Of a stretch of DNA of 28,117 nt, positions 16,317 to 25,373 are shown one piece after another. The notes beneath the pieces were generated by a model. That model was not told where the DNA came from. It did not search any database and worked only from the letters and a program-made list of their open reading frames with translations. The number at the start of each line of letters is the position of its first letter. Position 1 is the first letter of the stretch. This stretch comes from a virus (taxonomy: Duplodnaviria; Caudoviricetes): positions 1 to 28,117 of IMG/VR virus record IMGVR_UViG_3300033067_001678. One strand, written 5' to 3'. Both the position numbers and the translations under genes were made by a program.

Positions 16317-17780
16317 ATGAAAAAAATCATTCTCACCATCGCCGCCTTGTGCGGCTTTTTTTATGCCCAAAACGCAAAGGCTGTTTGTTCAAACTTTGTG
16401 AACTACTCAGACGGCCAGACTTTAACGGCGGCCTCTCTTAACTCCCTTCAGACGAACTACACCAACTGTATCAACGCGGTTCTCGATGGGGATACTTTCA
16501 CAGGCAACATGGCGTGGCATTCGGGATCAGATATTCTGATGTACTCCGACGCGGGGACTACACTTAAATTCGCAATCGATGGCCTCACTGGTGATTTTGG
16601 GACGACTTCAGGGAGAAAGTTTTACTTAGACGGGCCCGCATTGTCTGGCGACAGCTACTTGACCGAATCGTCAGCAAATCAAATCGACATTGTTTCGGGC
16701 GGTTCTGTATCGGCAAGGTTTACAGCAAGCGGAACGAGTTTAATCTCAGGGGGTGACCTAAACGTTTACTCAGACACCGGATCGACAGTGAAGGCGTCGA
16801 TTGACGGAGCGACAGGGGCCACGATTGCGGGGCTCACTCAGGCGGGGCAGGTGACCAATTGCGGGATTTCGGTTTCGGGTACTACCTTCACGATTGCGGG
16901 ATATGACGGCACGGCTCTTTCAGCGACGAATCCTTGTGTTGTGGCGGTCAGATCAAACACTGCGGGACGTGTGGCTCTTGCTTACTTCACTGCAAACGTC
17001 ACTTTCACTTTTGGGGCGGCGTCTGACACGGATGGAAATGATTGGGGAATAACGAATTCGGTAAACTGGGCAAATGCGATGCCGTTTTTTATTGGGGTTA
17101 TTTATGATGGGACGACTCCTTATTTCACAATTTCGAGAGTTCCTTCAAAAATATCAGGATCTGCTTCGACAGCTCTTTGTCAAAAAGCAGACACAAGTTG
17201 CGATGCTGAAATTGATGCGATGATTCTAAGTTCTGGATTGACCCTTTCAAATTTTACAAGCTTGCCAATAACTCAAGTGGGTTGGTTTAAAATGACTTAT
17301 GCAACCACTGGGTCAGCTTGGACAGCTTCAACTGATTCTTATGTTGGATTCAACCAAGAATATGAAGGCGTAACTTGGACAATGCCACTAGGGCAAATGG
17401 GGGCAGAGGCTTCAAAGCAGACCAAAGCGAATGGTGGAACTTCCCCATTATTTAGTAGTTACACTTATTATTACACAATCAACAGAGCAGGAGTTTGTGG
17501 AATTCAAATTTCATTCTCGGGAGATGGCGGGGCTGACGGTTCAGGAGCTGTAGCTCTTACTATTGTTTTGCCTTATATGCCTTATCTATCAACGCATGTT
17601 GGGGTTGGTGTTGTAACAGATGAGGCTGGCACTATTTTCACGAGCAACACTATTCTTGTTAATAGCGCGAGTGAGGATTTCACGATTTTAAGGGTTGCAG
17701 CCTTATTTATGCTAAATTCAGATTTTGCAAATGGCACAAGAACTATTTTGACTAACTTTTACTACCCCATTACTTTTTAA
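16317..17780 (+). CDS. Tail-fibre-like protein with an apparent N-terminal Sec signal peptide
   Basis: GAGG-AAACC-ATG start; MKKIILTIAALCGFFYAQNAKA, then the fibre-anchor-like GQTLTAASLN; Gly/Ser/Thr-rich beta body. Confidence 0.65.
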   Translation: MKKIILTIAALCGFFYAQNAKAVCSNFVNYSDGQTLTAASLNSLQTNYTNCINAVLDGDTFTGNMAWHSGSDILMYSDAGTTLKFAIDGLTGDFGTTSGRKFYLDGPALSGDSYLTESSANQIDIVSGGSVSARFTASGTSLISGGDLNVYSDTGSTVKASIDGATGATIAGLTQAGQVTNCGISVSGTTFTIAGYDGTALSATNPCVVAVRSNTAGRVALAYFTANVTFTFGAASDTDGNDWGITNSVNWANAMPFFIGVIYDGTTPYFTISRVPSKISGSASTALCQKADTSCDAEIDAMILSSGLTLSNFTSLPITQVGWFKMTYATTGSAWTASTDSYVGFNQEYEGVTWTMPLGQMGAEASKQTKANGGTSPLFSSYTYYYTINRAGVCGIQISFSGDGGADGSGAVALTIVLPYMPYLSTHVGVGVVTDEAGTIFTSNTILVNSASEDFTILRVAALFMLNSDFANGTRTILTNFYYPITF

Positions 17781-18169
17781 TGATCCACCCCATCACTGAC
17801 CGACACTACCAGTTAATCTGCGAATGGTGGCAGGCCCACAACTTCCCAATCGTCTCCAAAGAGTTCGTTTCTACCCGAGGGTTCATCTTTTGCTCTGATG
17901 AAAAGCCCATCGTTGCCGCATGGGTGATGAAAGAGGAAACGTGCGGGTTTGGAATGCTGGAATGGCTCGTTTTTAATCCCGAGGCAACGTCGGAAGAACG
18001 AGAGACAGGTTTTAGAGAATTGGTTTCACACTGCGAGACGGTCGCAAAAGAGATCGGCGTCAAAGGTCTTCTCACCACAACAAATAATCAAAATTTAGCG
18101 AAGCGGTTTTTAAATCACGGATTTCACAAGTCCGATGAAGGGGTCATCTTTTTAATAAAGGGGGTTTGA
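17780..18169 (+). CDS. GNAT-fold acetyltransferase-like protein
   Basis: GMLEWLVFNP...AKEIGVKGLLTTTNNQNLAKRFLNHGF; usual podophage position before the ejection genes. Confidence 0.65.
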   Translation: MIHPITDRHYQLICEWWQAHNFPIVSKEFVSTRGFIFCSDEKPIVAAWVMKEETCGFGMLEWLVFNPEATSEERETGFRELVSHCETVAKEIGVKGLLTTTNNQNLAKRFLNHGFHKSDEGVIFLIKGV

Positions 18170-18170
18170 T

Positions 18171-18482
18171 ATGGGGTTCAATCTTGGAAATATTGCGGAT
18201 CAAGTCCCATCGTTGTCGCCAAGCGGAGACATGATGGGTGGGGATGCGGGAAAGTGTGGAGTCAGTAAGTTTCTCCCCATGATTCTTTCAGCAGCGGGCG
18301 GCGCGGCAAAGGCGGGTGTTGGTCTTCTCGCCGATAACAAGGCGAATAAGCAAGCCGAGAAGATGGCAAAGATCCACGAAACGCCGACTGGGTTTGTCGA
18401 TTTTGGCCAGCAAATGGCCATGCCTTCGGATAACCCGACGATCAGTTTGGCCAACAAGAAAATTCTTTTTAACAGGAGATAG
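18171..18482 (+). CDS. Small ejection / internal virion protein
   Basis: Gly/Ala-rich hydrophobic segment followed by NKANKQA; position. Confidence 0.55.
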   Translation: MGFNLGNIADQVPSLSPSGDMMGGDAGKCGVSKFLPMILSAAGGAAKAGVGLLADNKANKQAEKMAKIHETPTGFVDFGQQMAMPSDNPTISLANKKILFNRR

Positions 18483-18490
18483 GGGGGGAT

Positions 18491-18736
18491 ATGCCTTTAG
18501 CAACCGCGGCAATTTTAGGGGCTCTAGTCCCCGCGTTAACGAGCATCGGAGGAGGGGTAGCCAGCTCCATCGCTGGGCATGGGAAGAACAAAAACCCTGC
18601 ATTGGAAGCCGCAAAGGCCGACCCTTCAGGATTCACGAGCATGGGCGAAGACCTCACTCAACAGGATTACAACCCATCTCTCACGCTGAACAATTCTAAA
18701 AAACCGATTCTTTTTGGGAAATATCTCAATGGCTAG
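18491..18736 (+). CDS. Small ejection / internal virion protein, probable paralogue of the previous gene
   Basis: Hydrophobic Gly/Ala N-terminus; shares a C-terminal motif with 18171..18482. Confidence 0.55.
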   Translation: MPLATAAILGALVPALTSIGGGVASSIAGHGKNKNPALEAAKADPSGFTSMGEDLTQQDYNPSLTLNNSKKPILFGKYLNG

Positions 18737-19772
18737 AATTTTAACGAAACCAACTTTAACACCTCAAACAAGAGGCGTTGCGCCTGTTCAGAATATGCCT
18801 ACAGGCGGGGCGGCTGTTCCTCCGGCTGGGCCTCCGAGTAGTTTTGGGGCTGGGCTTGTGGATCAAGGCGCACCTCCGGCGACTGCACCCGCAATGAGCG
18901 GGACACTCTACAAAGATTTTCCAAAACCTTCCGTGAATCCTGCTACGGGGCAAACGACTCCGGTGGATTACACAAACTCAGGCTGGGGTGGAAACGCTCT
19001 TAAAAACTGGACGCCACCCGCCCCGAACGCTCAAAACGAGAATGGCCCTACTGACGGGATACAAGCCCCCCAGATGACGACGATCGCCGACGCGTTAAAA
19101 ACACTTCAGGCGACAGATGCTCTACCCACTTACAATCCGATCAACTCCTTTGGAGAAGACTACTACCAGAACCTTTATGATCAGGCATCGAAACGGCTGA
19201 ACGAACAATACTTCAACAAGTCTGATTCTCTTCAAAATCAACTCACCAATCAGATGAACCGAAGAGGTCTCGTGGGGAGTGGGATTGAAGCGGGGAACAC
19301 CGTTGACCTTTTCAAAAACTTCGGAAGCCAGCTCGCCGATGTTTCCTCGAACCTTGCTACTGAGAAAGCCAAAAACGATCTTGAGACGGCGAGATACAAC
19401 ACAGAGCTTCAGAACAGAGTCAAGGAATTGACCTTGGGCGCAGCGGGAGACGAGGCGAAGAGGGCGACCGACTTCTTGTCTAAGATCTTCGACACTCAGG
19501 TGAAGGATCGAAATAATTCTCAAGATATTATCGGAAAACGACTCGAACAGTTAACTTCAGCAATGGGCAACCAGTTCATTGATCCAGAGACAAGAAACTA
19601 CTTTGAGAGCATCTTTGGTTCTGAAATAGGAAACACCTTCGGGACTTCTTTGGATAAATACAACGCCGCCAAAGAAGGCCTCAGCCTTCAAGAGTATTTG
19701 GACAAAAAGAAGAAAGGTGCAGCGGCAACTTCTTCGAACGATTCAGGAGTTAAAATGAGAGGAGCTCCATAA
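18729..19772 (+). CDS. DNA ejection/transfer protein
   Basis: ATG 18729 overlaps the previous gene end; Pro-rich N-terminus, NRRGLVGSG motif, Q/N-rich helices. Confidence 0.6.
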   Translation: MARILTKPTLTPQTRGVAPVQNMPTGGAAVPPAGPPSSFGAGLVDQGAPPATAPAMSGTLYKDFPKPSVNPATGQTTPVDYTNSGWGGNALKNWTPPAPNAQNENGPTDGIQAPQMTTIADALKTLQATDALPTYNPINSFGEDYYQNLYDQASKRLNEQYFNKSDSLQNQLTNQMNRRGLVGSGIEAGNTVDLFKNFGSQLADVSSNLATEKAKNDLETARYNTELQNRVKELTLGAAGDEAKRATDFLSKIFDTQVKDRNNSQDIIGKRLEQLTSAMGNQFIDPETRNYFESIFGSEIGNTFGTSLDKYNAAKEGLSLQEYLDKKKKGAAATSSNDSGVKMRGAP

Positions 19773-20221
19773 TGGGATTTTCAGACGTGCTTCAAGTTCT
19801 TTTAGGCGGGGCTTCAGGGGCGGCAGATCGCTATGTTTCCGATCTCGACATGAAGAAAAAGAGAGAAGATGACATGGCGAAGCTGGTTCAGGAAAAAGCA
19901 ATCGCCGCTGAGAATGCGAAGGCCATGCGGGAGCAGGCCGTTAATGACGATATTATAAAAGGAATCGCTCTAAAACAGATTTCAGCCCAACTCACACCGA
20001 ACAAATACAACCCATCCCCAAACTTTGGCCAAGACCTTTCTGGGCTTGATCCTTCTCTTTCAACGTCTGATTTGATCAGCAAGGTCGGGGCTATTTTTAA
20101 GCAGGCACCGAGACCCGTTGTGAAAAGAAGTGGGGGCGGAGGTGGTGGCGGTTTTAAGCCTCCAACACCAGTTACCCCTCAAGGAAACGTCATCGATCTC
20201 AGCAAATTCACAAGAAAATAA
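19772..20221 (+). CDS. Putative ejection protein
   Basis: TAATG coupling; LLGGASG then a charged helix; Gly-rich C-terminus. Confidence 0.55.
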   Translation: MGFSDVLQVLLGGASGAADRYVSDLDMKKKREDDMAKLVQEKAIAAENAKAMREQAVNDDIIKGIALKQISAQLTPNKYNPSPNFGQDLSGLDPSLSTSDLISKVGAIFKQAPRPVVKRSGGGGGGGFKPPTPVTPQGNVIDLSKFTRK

Positions 20222-20233
20222 AGGGCAACGAAG

Positions 20234-21043
20234 ATGGCAGACACTTACTTTAAACTTGGTGACAAAACTTTCAAATCAAGCGGAGACCCTGCAAAAGACA
20301 TTGAACTGATAAAGCAAAACTTTCCGGATGTGGACACTGAGGCTTTGTCTAAGAGCTTATCGGGACAAGAACCTCCCACTCAAAAGCCTGCTGGTGTTGT
20401 TTTGCCTGATAGAGTTCAACAGCTTAAATCTTATGCTGAGCAATTCAACCCAAGCTCAAAAGAGTACAAGAAAGCGATGGATGCGTACACTTCTGAGAGG
20501 GATGATTTTTTAAAATTGAATCCTGGTCAGAAGCCAGATCAGAAAGAAGAAGACTTTGGGAAAAAATTAGCTGGTGCTGGTAAAAATATCAAATACGCTT
20601 TTGACGTTTTAGATCAAATTGAGACGACCAAAGGGGATGTCCCTTTTGGAGGCACTATTTATGGCAAGCTTCAAAAATTAGGTTCTTTTGCTGGCCTTAA
20701 CCCTGAAGTTAACCAATATGAAGATTTAAAAAACGGAATTTTAACTTCATTCGCAGCGCGATCTGTGGGCGGAGAAAAAGGAGCAATGTCCGACTCTGAT
20801 ATTGAGAGAGCAAAGCAGATTTTTCCCAAAATTGAATACAACCAAAAAGAAAGAGATGCTTCAAAAACTAATGTCATAAATCTTTTAAAAAACGCTGACC
20901 CTTCTCAAGATTGGGAAGGGATATTTAAACAACCATCTTCTTTCCTAAAAACTAAAATCTCTCCTTCTTCAGCGCCGACCTTCAACCCTAACAATATCCA
21001 AAACTCAGCCTTGGAAGAGCTTAAAAAGCGAGGCCTTCAATAA
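20234..21043 (+). CDS. Putative ejection protein
   Basis: GEKGAMSDSDIER motif; ends in ELKKRGL; coupled to the next gene. Confidence 0.6.
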   Translation: MADTYFKLGDKTFKSSGDPAKDIELIKQNFPDVDTEALSKSLSGQEPPTQKPAGVVLPDRVQQLKSYAEQFNPSSKEYKKAMDAYTSERDDFLKLNPGQKPDQKEEDFGKKLAGAGKNIKYAFDVLDQIETTKGDVPFGGTIYGKLQKLGSFAGLNPEVNQYEDLKNGILTSFAARSVGGEKGAMSDSDIERAKQIFPKIEYNQKERDASKTNVINLLKNADPSQDWEGIFKQPSSFLKTKISPSSAPTFNPNNIQNSALEELKKRGLQ

Positions 21044-23622
21044 TGGATTTAAACAAACTGACAAATGAAGAGTTGATGGCCATTAAAAACGGGGAGTTCT
21101 CAAAGCTTTCAAACGAAACATTAAAAAGTTTGTCAGCCGATGCTCGCCTTCCGAATCAAAGCAGCAACTCTGAACCCCTCCCCAAAAAAGACGATTCAAT
21201 TTTAGGGAGGATCAAAGGGCAGATAGAGGAACGAAGTCAAATGTCTCCCGTTGACGCGGGACTGGATGCTGTCAAAAATGCAACATTTCCTTGGAAAAAC
21301 GCTTATCCGGTTATTGACGCACTCGCGGGGACCGATCTTCGCCATACGGGAGAGGGGAAAACCTCAACTGGCGAGAAGGTAAAACCCCGTGGCGCGAGCT
21401 ATCTCGCGAACTTACTGGCCCGCTATGGGAACTCGCTGACCGCAAATTTGGTAAACCCTGTGGCGGCTGGGGTTTCTTCTGTAGTCGATGAAGGATTGCA
21501 GGCGGCAGACGTCATCCCAGAAAGGTCAATCGGTGAGGCTTACAAATATTACACCAAGGCCCAAAAAGATCGGGCGGCCCAATTTCAAAAAGACTACCCG
21601 AGTGATGCAACGACCGCAGACATCGCCGGATTGGTAACCCCAGGTGGTGCCATGAGTCAGGCGGCCAAAGTGGGACAAAAGGCGGCGACAGCGGCAAAGC
21701 TGGGTGGGGCTGGTGCTGGAATTCTGTCAAAGGCCGCCGAGGGTTTAGTCCGAGGTGGTGTTGCAAACGCTCTTTATGGGCAAGTTGCAGCTGATGGGAA
21801 TACTCCCCTCGCAGATCGAGGGATAAATGCAGGAATTGATTTTGCGGCTGGGGGGTTGCCAGATGCGGCACTGAGTGGCGGAGCTAGAACCATTTCGAAA
21901 GCCTCTGAGTATTTGTCAGACAAGAAAATCCCTCAAAAAATTTATTCGTGGGCAACTGGACTCGGCAAAGAGGGTGGAAAAAACACCGATATGGTGGACA
22001 TCCTTTTAAAAGAGGGCGCGGTTGGGTCAAAGGACACTCTGGAAAGTCTTTCGGCTCAAAGAGTAAAAGAAATAGGCGGACAGTTACGATCTGCTTTGAG
22101 TGGGAAAGAAGCAAATTACGACCAGATCGTTTCTCAGATTAAAAATTTCGAAGACAGCTTTGCTTCAGGTGAAAGAGAAACGGCTAAAAACGCCTTGAGT
22201 AAAGTCATGGGAGAGTTTGAGGGACTCTTTAAGTCAAAGGCGCCTGTTCCATCAGGCATTATGCTTAGACCTGATTATGCAGATTTCAAGGCTGATTTTT
22301 TGAAAAAGAACGTGCCCAATAAAGGCCCAAACGTTTACGCTCCATATGTTAAAATTGAAGACGAAATTATAGGGAAATTGAGATCCCATGATTTTGACAA
22401 TAATCCTAACGATGTTTATGGGTTGAGAATTATTGATTCAAATGATGCGCCCAAAATAGGGGATAAGTTAAGGGAAAGTACAGTTTTTGTAGATGGGAAT
22501 CCTACAGATCAAACTCTTGGAGGGACTTCAACTATAGGAATAAATCTTGAAAATGCGAAGGAAGCGTTTAAAAATATAGAGTCATATTTTGGAGATCATC
22601 TTGCTTTAGTGAAAGGCGAACGGGTCGGTTGGGGGGAAGACATTGGAGAAGAAATATTAAAAAACCCTGAAGTAGTATCAGTTTTCAAACGTAAAGATTT
22701 TTTAAAACAAAAAGGGGCACCATTAAGCGAAACCAAAAATGTCACTCGCAATAAAGGCCCAAACGTTTACGCTCAGAACGCAGAACCGGCAAGCGTTGAA
22801 GACATGGTGGATTTCTATCTTGGCAAGCTTGATCAATCAGGAAGCCCCACCGCCCCCTCAGGAAAAGTGACCGTCACCCGTAGCGCAGGGGGATACCCAG
22901 TAAATAAAACTCCAATTTATTCTGAAACCCGAAACGTAGGGAGAGACCTCCCCGCAGGGATGGATTTACCAGAAAACTTTTTCCCCAAAGAGGCCCCTCC
23001 GGTGGAGGTTGTTCCTCCTCGCCCAAACTTGATCAGTGAGGCCCCTGTTGTTCCGACAGAGGACGACATTTATCGGATGTACCTTCAGCAATATCCTGAT
23101 GAATCAATCGCGCTTGCGGCGTCGGAAGGTGGCCCGAAAACGATCAACCTTGCCGATCTTAACTTCGAAAAATCGAGGCTCGCAAACTCGGCAAAGAGGC
23201 TTTACGACAACCCAGATCTTGGCGCGCAGGCAACCAAGAGAGCGCAAAAAGAGATTGCCGACATTTCTCGATCGGTGATTGAGGATCAAGCCCCAGAGGT
23301 TCGGGATTTGAATCAAAGATACCACGCTTACGACGCATTAAACGACGCACTCACGCGAGCATCAGAAAAAGAATTTGCTCAACCCATGACAAAGGTGGGG
23401 CTTGCAGACTTAGGGGCGGGTGCCGTTGGGGGAATTCCGGCCGTGGCGGCAAAGCGTGGGCTTGAATCTACACGCGCGCAAACAAACATTGCGTCGTTTC
23501 TTTTCAATCTCTTGAATAAGGGGAAGAAATTTAATCTTGATAGACTGGCCCCATTATCAGGGCAAGGGGCAGGGGTAATTGATCAAGCGGCAAGGCTTTA
23601 TAACCAAAACGAAGGCAATTAA
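21043..23622 (+). CDS. Large ejection / internal virion protein with an inserted domain
   Basis: 859 aa; MDLNKLTNEEL start; Gly/Ala-rich membrane-type segments; last gene of the virion block. Confidence 0.7.
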   Translation: MDLNKLTNEELMAIKNGEFSKLSNETLKSLSADARLPNQSSNSEPLPKKDDSILGRIKGQIEERSQMSPVDAGLDAVKNATFPWKNAYPVIDALAGTDLRHTGEGKTSTGEKVKPRGASYLANLLARYGNSLTANLVNPVAAGVSSVVDEGLQAADVIPERSIGEAYKYYTKAQKDRAAQFQKDYPSDATTADIAGLVTPGGAMSQAAKVGQKAATAAKLGGAGAGILSKAAEGLVRGGVANALYGQVAADGNTPLADRGINAGIDFAAGGLPDAALSGGARTISKASEYLSDKKIPQKIYSWATGLGKEGGKNTDMVDILLKEGAVGSKDTLESLSAQRVKEIGGQLRSALSGKEANYDQIVSQIKNFEDSFASGERETAKNALSKVMGEFEGLFKSKAPVPSGIMLRPDYADFKADFLKKNVPNKGPNVYAPYVKIEDEIIGKLRSHDFDNNPNDVYGLRIIDSNDAPKIGDKLRESTVFVDGNPTDQTLGGTSTIGINLENAKEAFKNIESYFGDHLALVKGERVGWGEDIGEEILKNPEVVSVFKRKDFLKQKGAPLSETKNVTRNKGPNVYAQNAEPASVEDMVDFYLGKLDQSGSPTAPSGKVTVTRSAGGYPVNKTPIYSETRNVGRDLPAGMDLPENFFPKEAPPVEVVPPRPNLISEAPVVPTEDDIYRMYLQQYPDESIALAASEGGPKTINLADLNFEKSRLANSAKRLYDNPDLGAQATKRAQKEIADISRSVIEDQAPEVRDLNQRYHAYDALNDALTRASEKEFAQPMTKVGLADLGAGAVGGIPAVAAKRGLESTRAQTNIASFLFNLLNKGKKFNLDRLAPLSGQGAGVIDQAARLYNQNEGN
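22317..22774 (+). repeat. 26-bp perfect direct repeat (22317-22342 and 22749-22774)
   Basis: CAATAAAGGCCCAAACGTTTACGCTC occurs twice, 432 bp (144 codons) apart; both copies encode NKGPNVYA. Confidence 0.95.
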
Positions 23623-24080
23623 GCTATTTTCCCCAACCAGTAGAAAAACTTGCTCGGATACCACTTGTCAGAGGTTTCAACTTCTAGGAATCGGAGTTTC
23701 TCCGATAGGAGATTGAAGCCCTGATCGGCCTTTGCGATAAGGCGAAGGAGGGGAGGGATCTTTTCTTCTTCCTTCTGAATTTCAAGAGCGACAAACGCCA
23801 TTTCCTCGAGAGGGTAGTTGTCTCGGTACTGGCTATCAGAGGGCTTGATCTTTATCGTGGGGAGATCTCTTACACCATTCTGTTTGCACTCATCACAACA
23901 AAAGCTTTTTTTCCAAAGGGCCTTTTCTTCCCTAGGATCCCACATGTTTGGGCGCGTTAATCCTTCGCCACATGCGCGGCAATATTTCTTGAAGACATAG
24001 ATCGTCCCCCTCTCATAATCGAAAGAGGAGTGGGTCGCCTTGGCAAAAAGCCTCTCATACTTATAGCGAAGATTCGACAT
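23619..24080 (-). CDS. Hypothetical Cys-motif protein (CRAC...CCDEC)
   Basis: 153-aa ORF whose stop shares the TTAA at 23619-23622 with the convergent gene. Confidence 0.65.
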   Translation of the reverse strand: MSNLRYKYERLFAKATHSSFDYERGTIYVFKKYCRACGEGLTRPNMWDPREEKALWKKSFCCDECKQNGVRDLPTIKIKPSDSQYRDNYPLEEMAFVALEIQKEEEKIPPLLRLIAKADQGFNLLSEKLRFLEVETSDKWYPSKFFYWLGKIA

Positions 24081-24480
24081 TCTTTTTTCTTCCTCGTTTC
24101 TTAGGTTGAGGAGCTTCTGTTTCGATATCTAGCTCAGGAAAAGCTTCACTGGGTTTTATTTCCCCAGAGTGAAATTGCCCAACTTCTTCTTGATCCTGAA
24201 TCATCTCCCCAAAAAGGAAATAGGTGTCTTTGTCGATTCGAAGACCGGCGAATCCCACGGCAAACTTTGGATTAATCTTCTCTTTTATTTTTGGGAGTTC
24301 GTTTAGGGGGATGATGCAGAGTTGAGCGTAGCAAGGGCCTATTGTTCTGACGAGCAATAGGCTTTTCTTTTTACAGGCGATTTTGAAGTAAGTTCTGAGA
24401 GTCGCTTTATCGTGGACGCTCACTTTTGAGATGAATTTTAAAAAATCAGAGGTAGAGCCGAGGATGATTTTTTTATCCAT
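24061..24480 (-). CDS. Hypothetical protein with basic C-terminal tail
   Basis: 139-aa ORF starting at the edge of an AT-rich intergenic gap; PKKRGRKK tail. Confidence 0.65.
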   Translation of the reverse strand: MDKKIILGSTSDFLKFISKVSVHDKATLRTYFKIACKKKSLLLVRTIGPCYAQLCIIPLNELPKIKEKINPKFAVGFAGLRIDKDTYFLFGEMIQDQEEVGQFHSGEIKPSEAFPELDIETEAPQPKKRGRKKNVESSL

Positions 24481-24568
24481 AATTTTACAACTTTTAATAA
24501 TAATTTAAAAAAATGTGTTTAACAAGTGTAAATTTTAAGTATAATTAAACTTAATAAAGACGAGGGAG
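24481..24568. promoter_or_regulatory. AT-rich divergent promoter region
   Basis: Non-coding gap between divergent genes; TATAAT at 24540-24545 with only a weak -35 (TTTAAC/TTAACA); GAGGGAG RBS before 24569. Confidence 0.5.
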
Positions 24569-24847
24569 ATGATGAACCAAGACCTGAGAGAGCGAGACCT
24601 TAAAACTGCGGAAAGCATCATGGAAGTTAAAACTTCGATCGCGTACATTTCGCAGCAAATTGGGGGAGTTTTGGAAAACCAGAAAAAGCACTACGAAAGG
24701 CACGATGAGGTTTTGGATTTAATCAAGGGGCATACGGACAGACTGACTAGGTTAGAGTCGGAAAAGAATCTTTTGACTAAAATATTGTCTCCGGTTGCGG
24801 GATTTGTGGCCGGTTATTTGGGAGGGTACTTTGGGAGACACACGTGA
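24569..24847 (+). CDS. Holin- or antiholin-like protein (coiled coil plus C-terminal TM)
   Basis: C-terminal hydrophobic ILSPVAGFVAGYLGGYF; stop overlaps the endolysin start (GTGA). Confidence 0.55.
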   Translation: MMNQDLRERDLKTAESIMEVKTSIAYISQQIGGVLENQKKHYERHDEVLDLIKGHTDRLTRLESEKNLLTKILSPVAGFVAGYLGGYFGRHT

Positions 24848-25200
24848 CTCTCTCTGAGAAACAAAGACTTTTCGTCAAACTCGTTGGCCAGCTCATCGAG
24901 CATGTTTACGAGCAGGGTTTCGAGGCAACCTTTGGCGACGCCTACCGCTCCCCAGAGATGGCCGAGATTTATGCGAAGCAGGGGAAGGGGATCAAAAATT
25001 CTCTTCATACTCTGAGGTTGGCGATAGACCTGAACCTATTTAAGGATGGAAAATATTTATCAGACTCTAATGACTACGAATCATTCGGAAAATACTGGGA
25101 ATCTCTAGGCTCCAAATACGGAGTGAACACTACATGGGGTGGGCGATTCAGTAAGCCTGATGGAAACCATTTTTCAATTGAGCACGAAGGGAGAAAATAG
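24844..25200 (+). CDS. Endolysin, M15-family zinc peptidase
   Basis: AYRSPE, SLHTLRLAIDL and WGGRF..DGNHFS motifs. Confidence 0.9.
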   Translation: MTLSEKQRLFVKLVGQLIEHVYEQGFEATFGDAYRSPEMAEIYAKQGKGIKNSLHTLRLAIDLNLFKDGKYLSDSNDYESFGKYWESLGSKYGVNTTWGGRFSKPDGNHFSIEHEGRK

Positions 25201-25201
25201 A

Positions 25202-25363
25202 ATGTTAAAAAACTACCGAACCTATATCTGCGCAGGTCTCTTGGGAGTCGCCACGGTGTGCCACGTCTTGGGGTATCTCACCGACTCTCAGTTTTTAACG
25301 GTGTCAGGATTTCTAGGCTCCGGCGGTCTTGGGTACCTTCGGGCTGCTTTACCTGCAAAGTAA
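25202..25363 (+). CDS. Small two-TM holin-like protein, 53 aa
   Basis: MLKNYRTYICAGLLGVATVCHVLGY...FLTVSGFLGSGGLGYLRAA; ATG 1 bp after the endolysin stop. Confidence 0.6.
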   Translation: MLKNYRTYICAGLLGVATVCHVLGYLTDSQFLTVSGFLGSGGLGYLRAALPAK

Positions 25364-25373
25364 TGTGCAAAAA

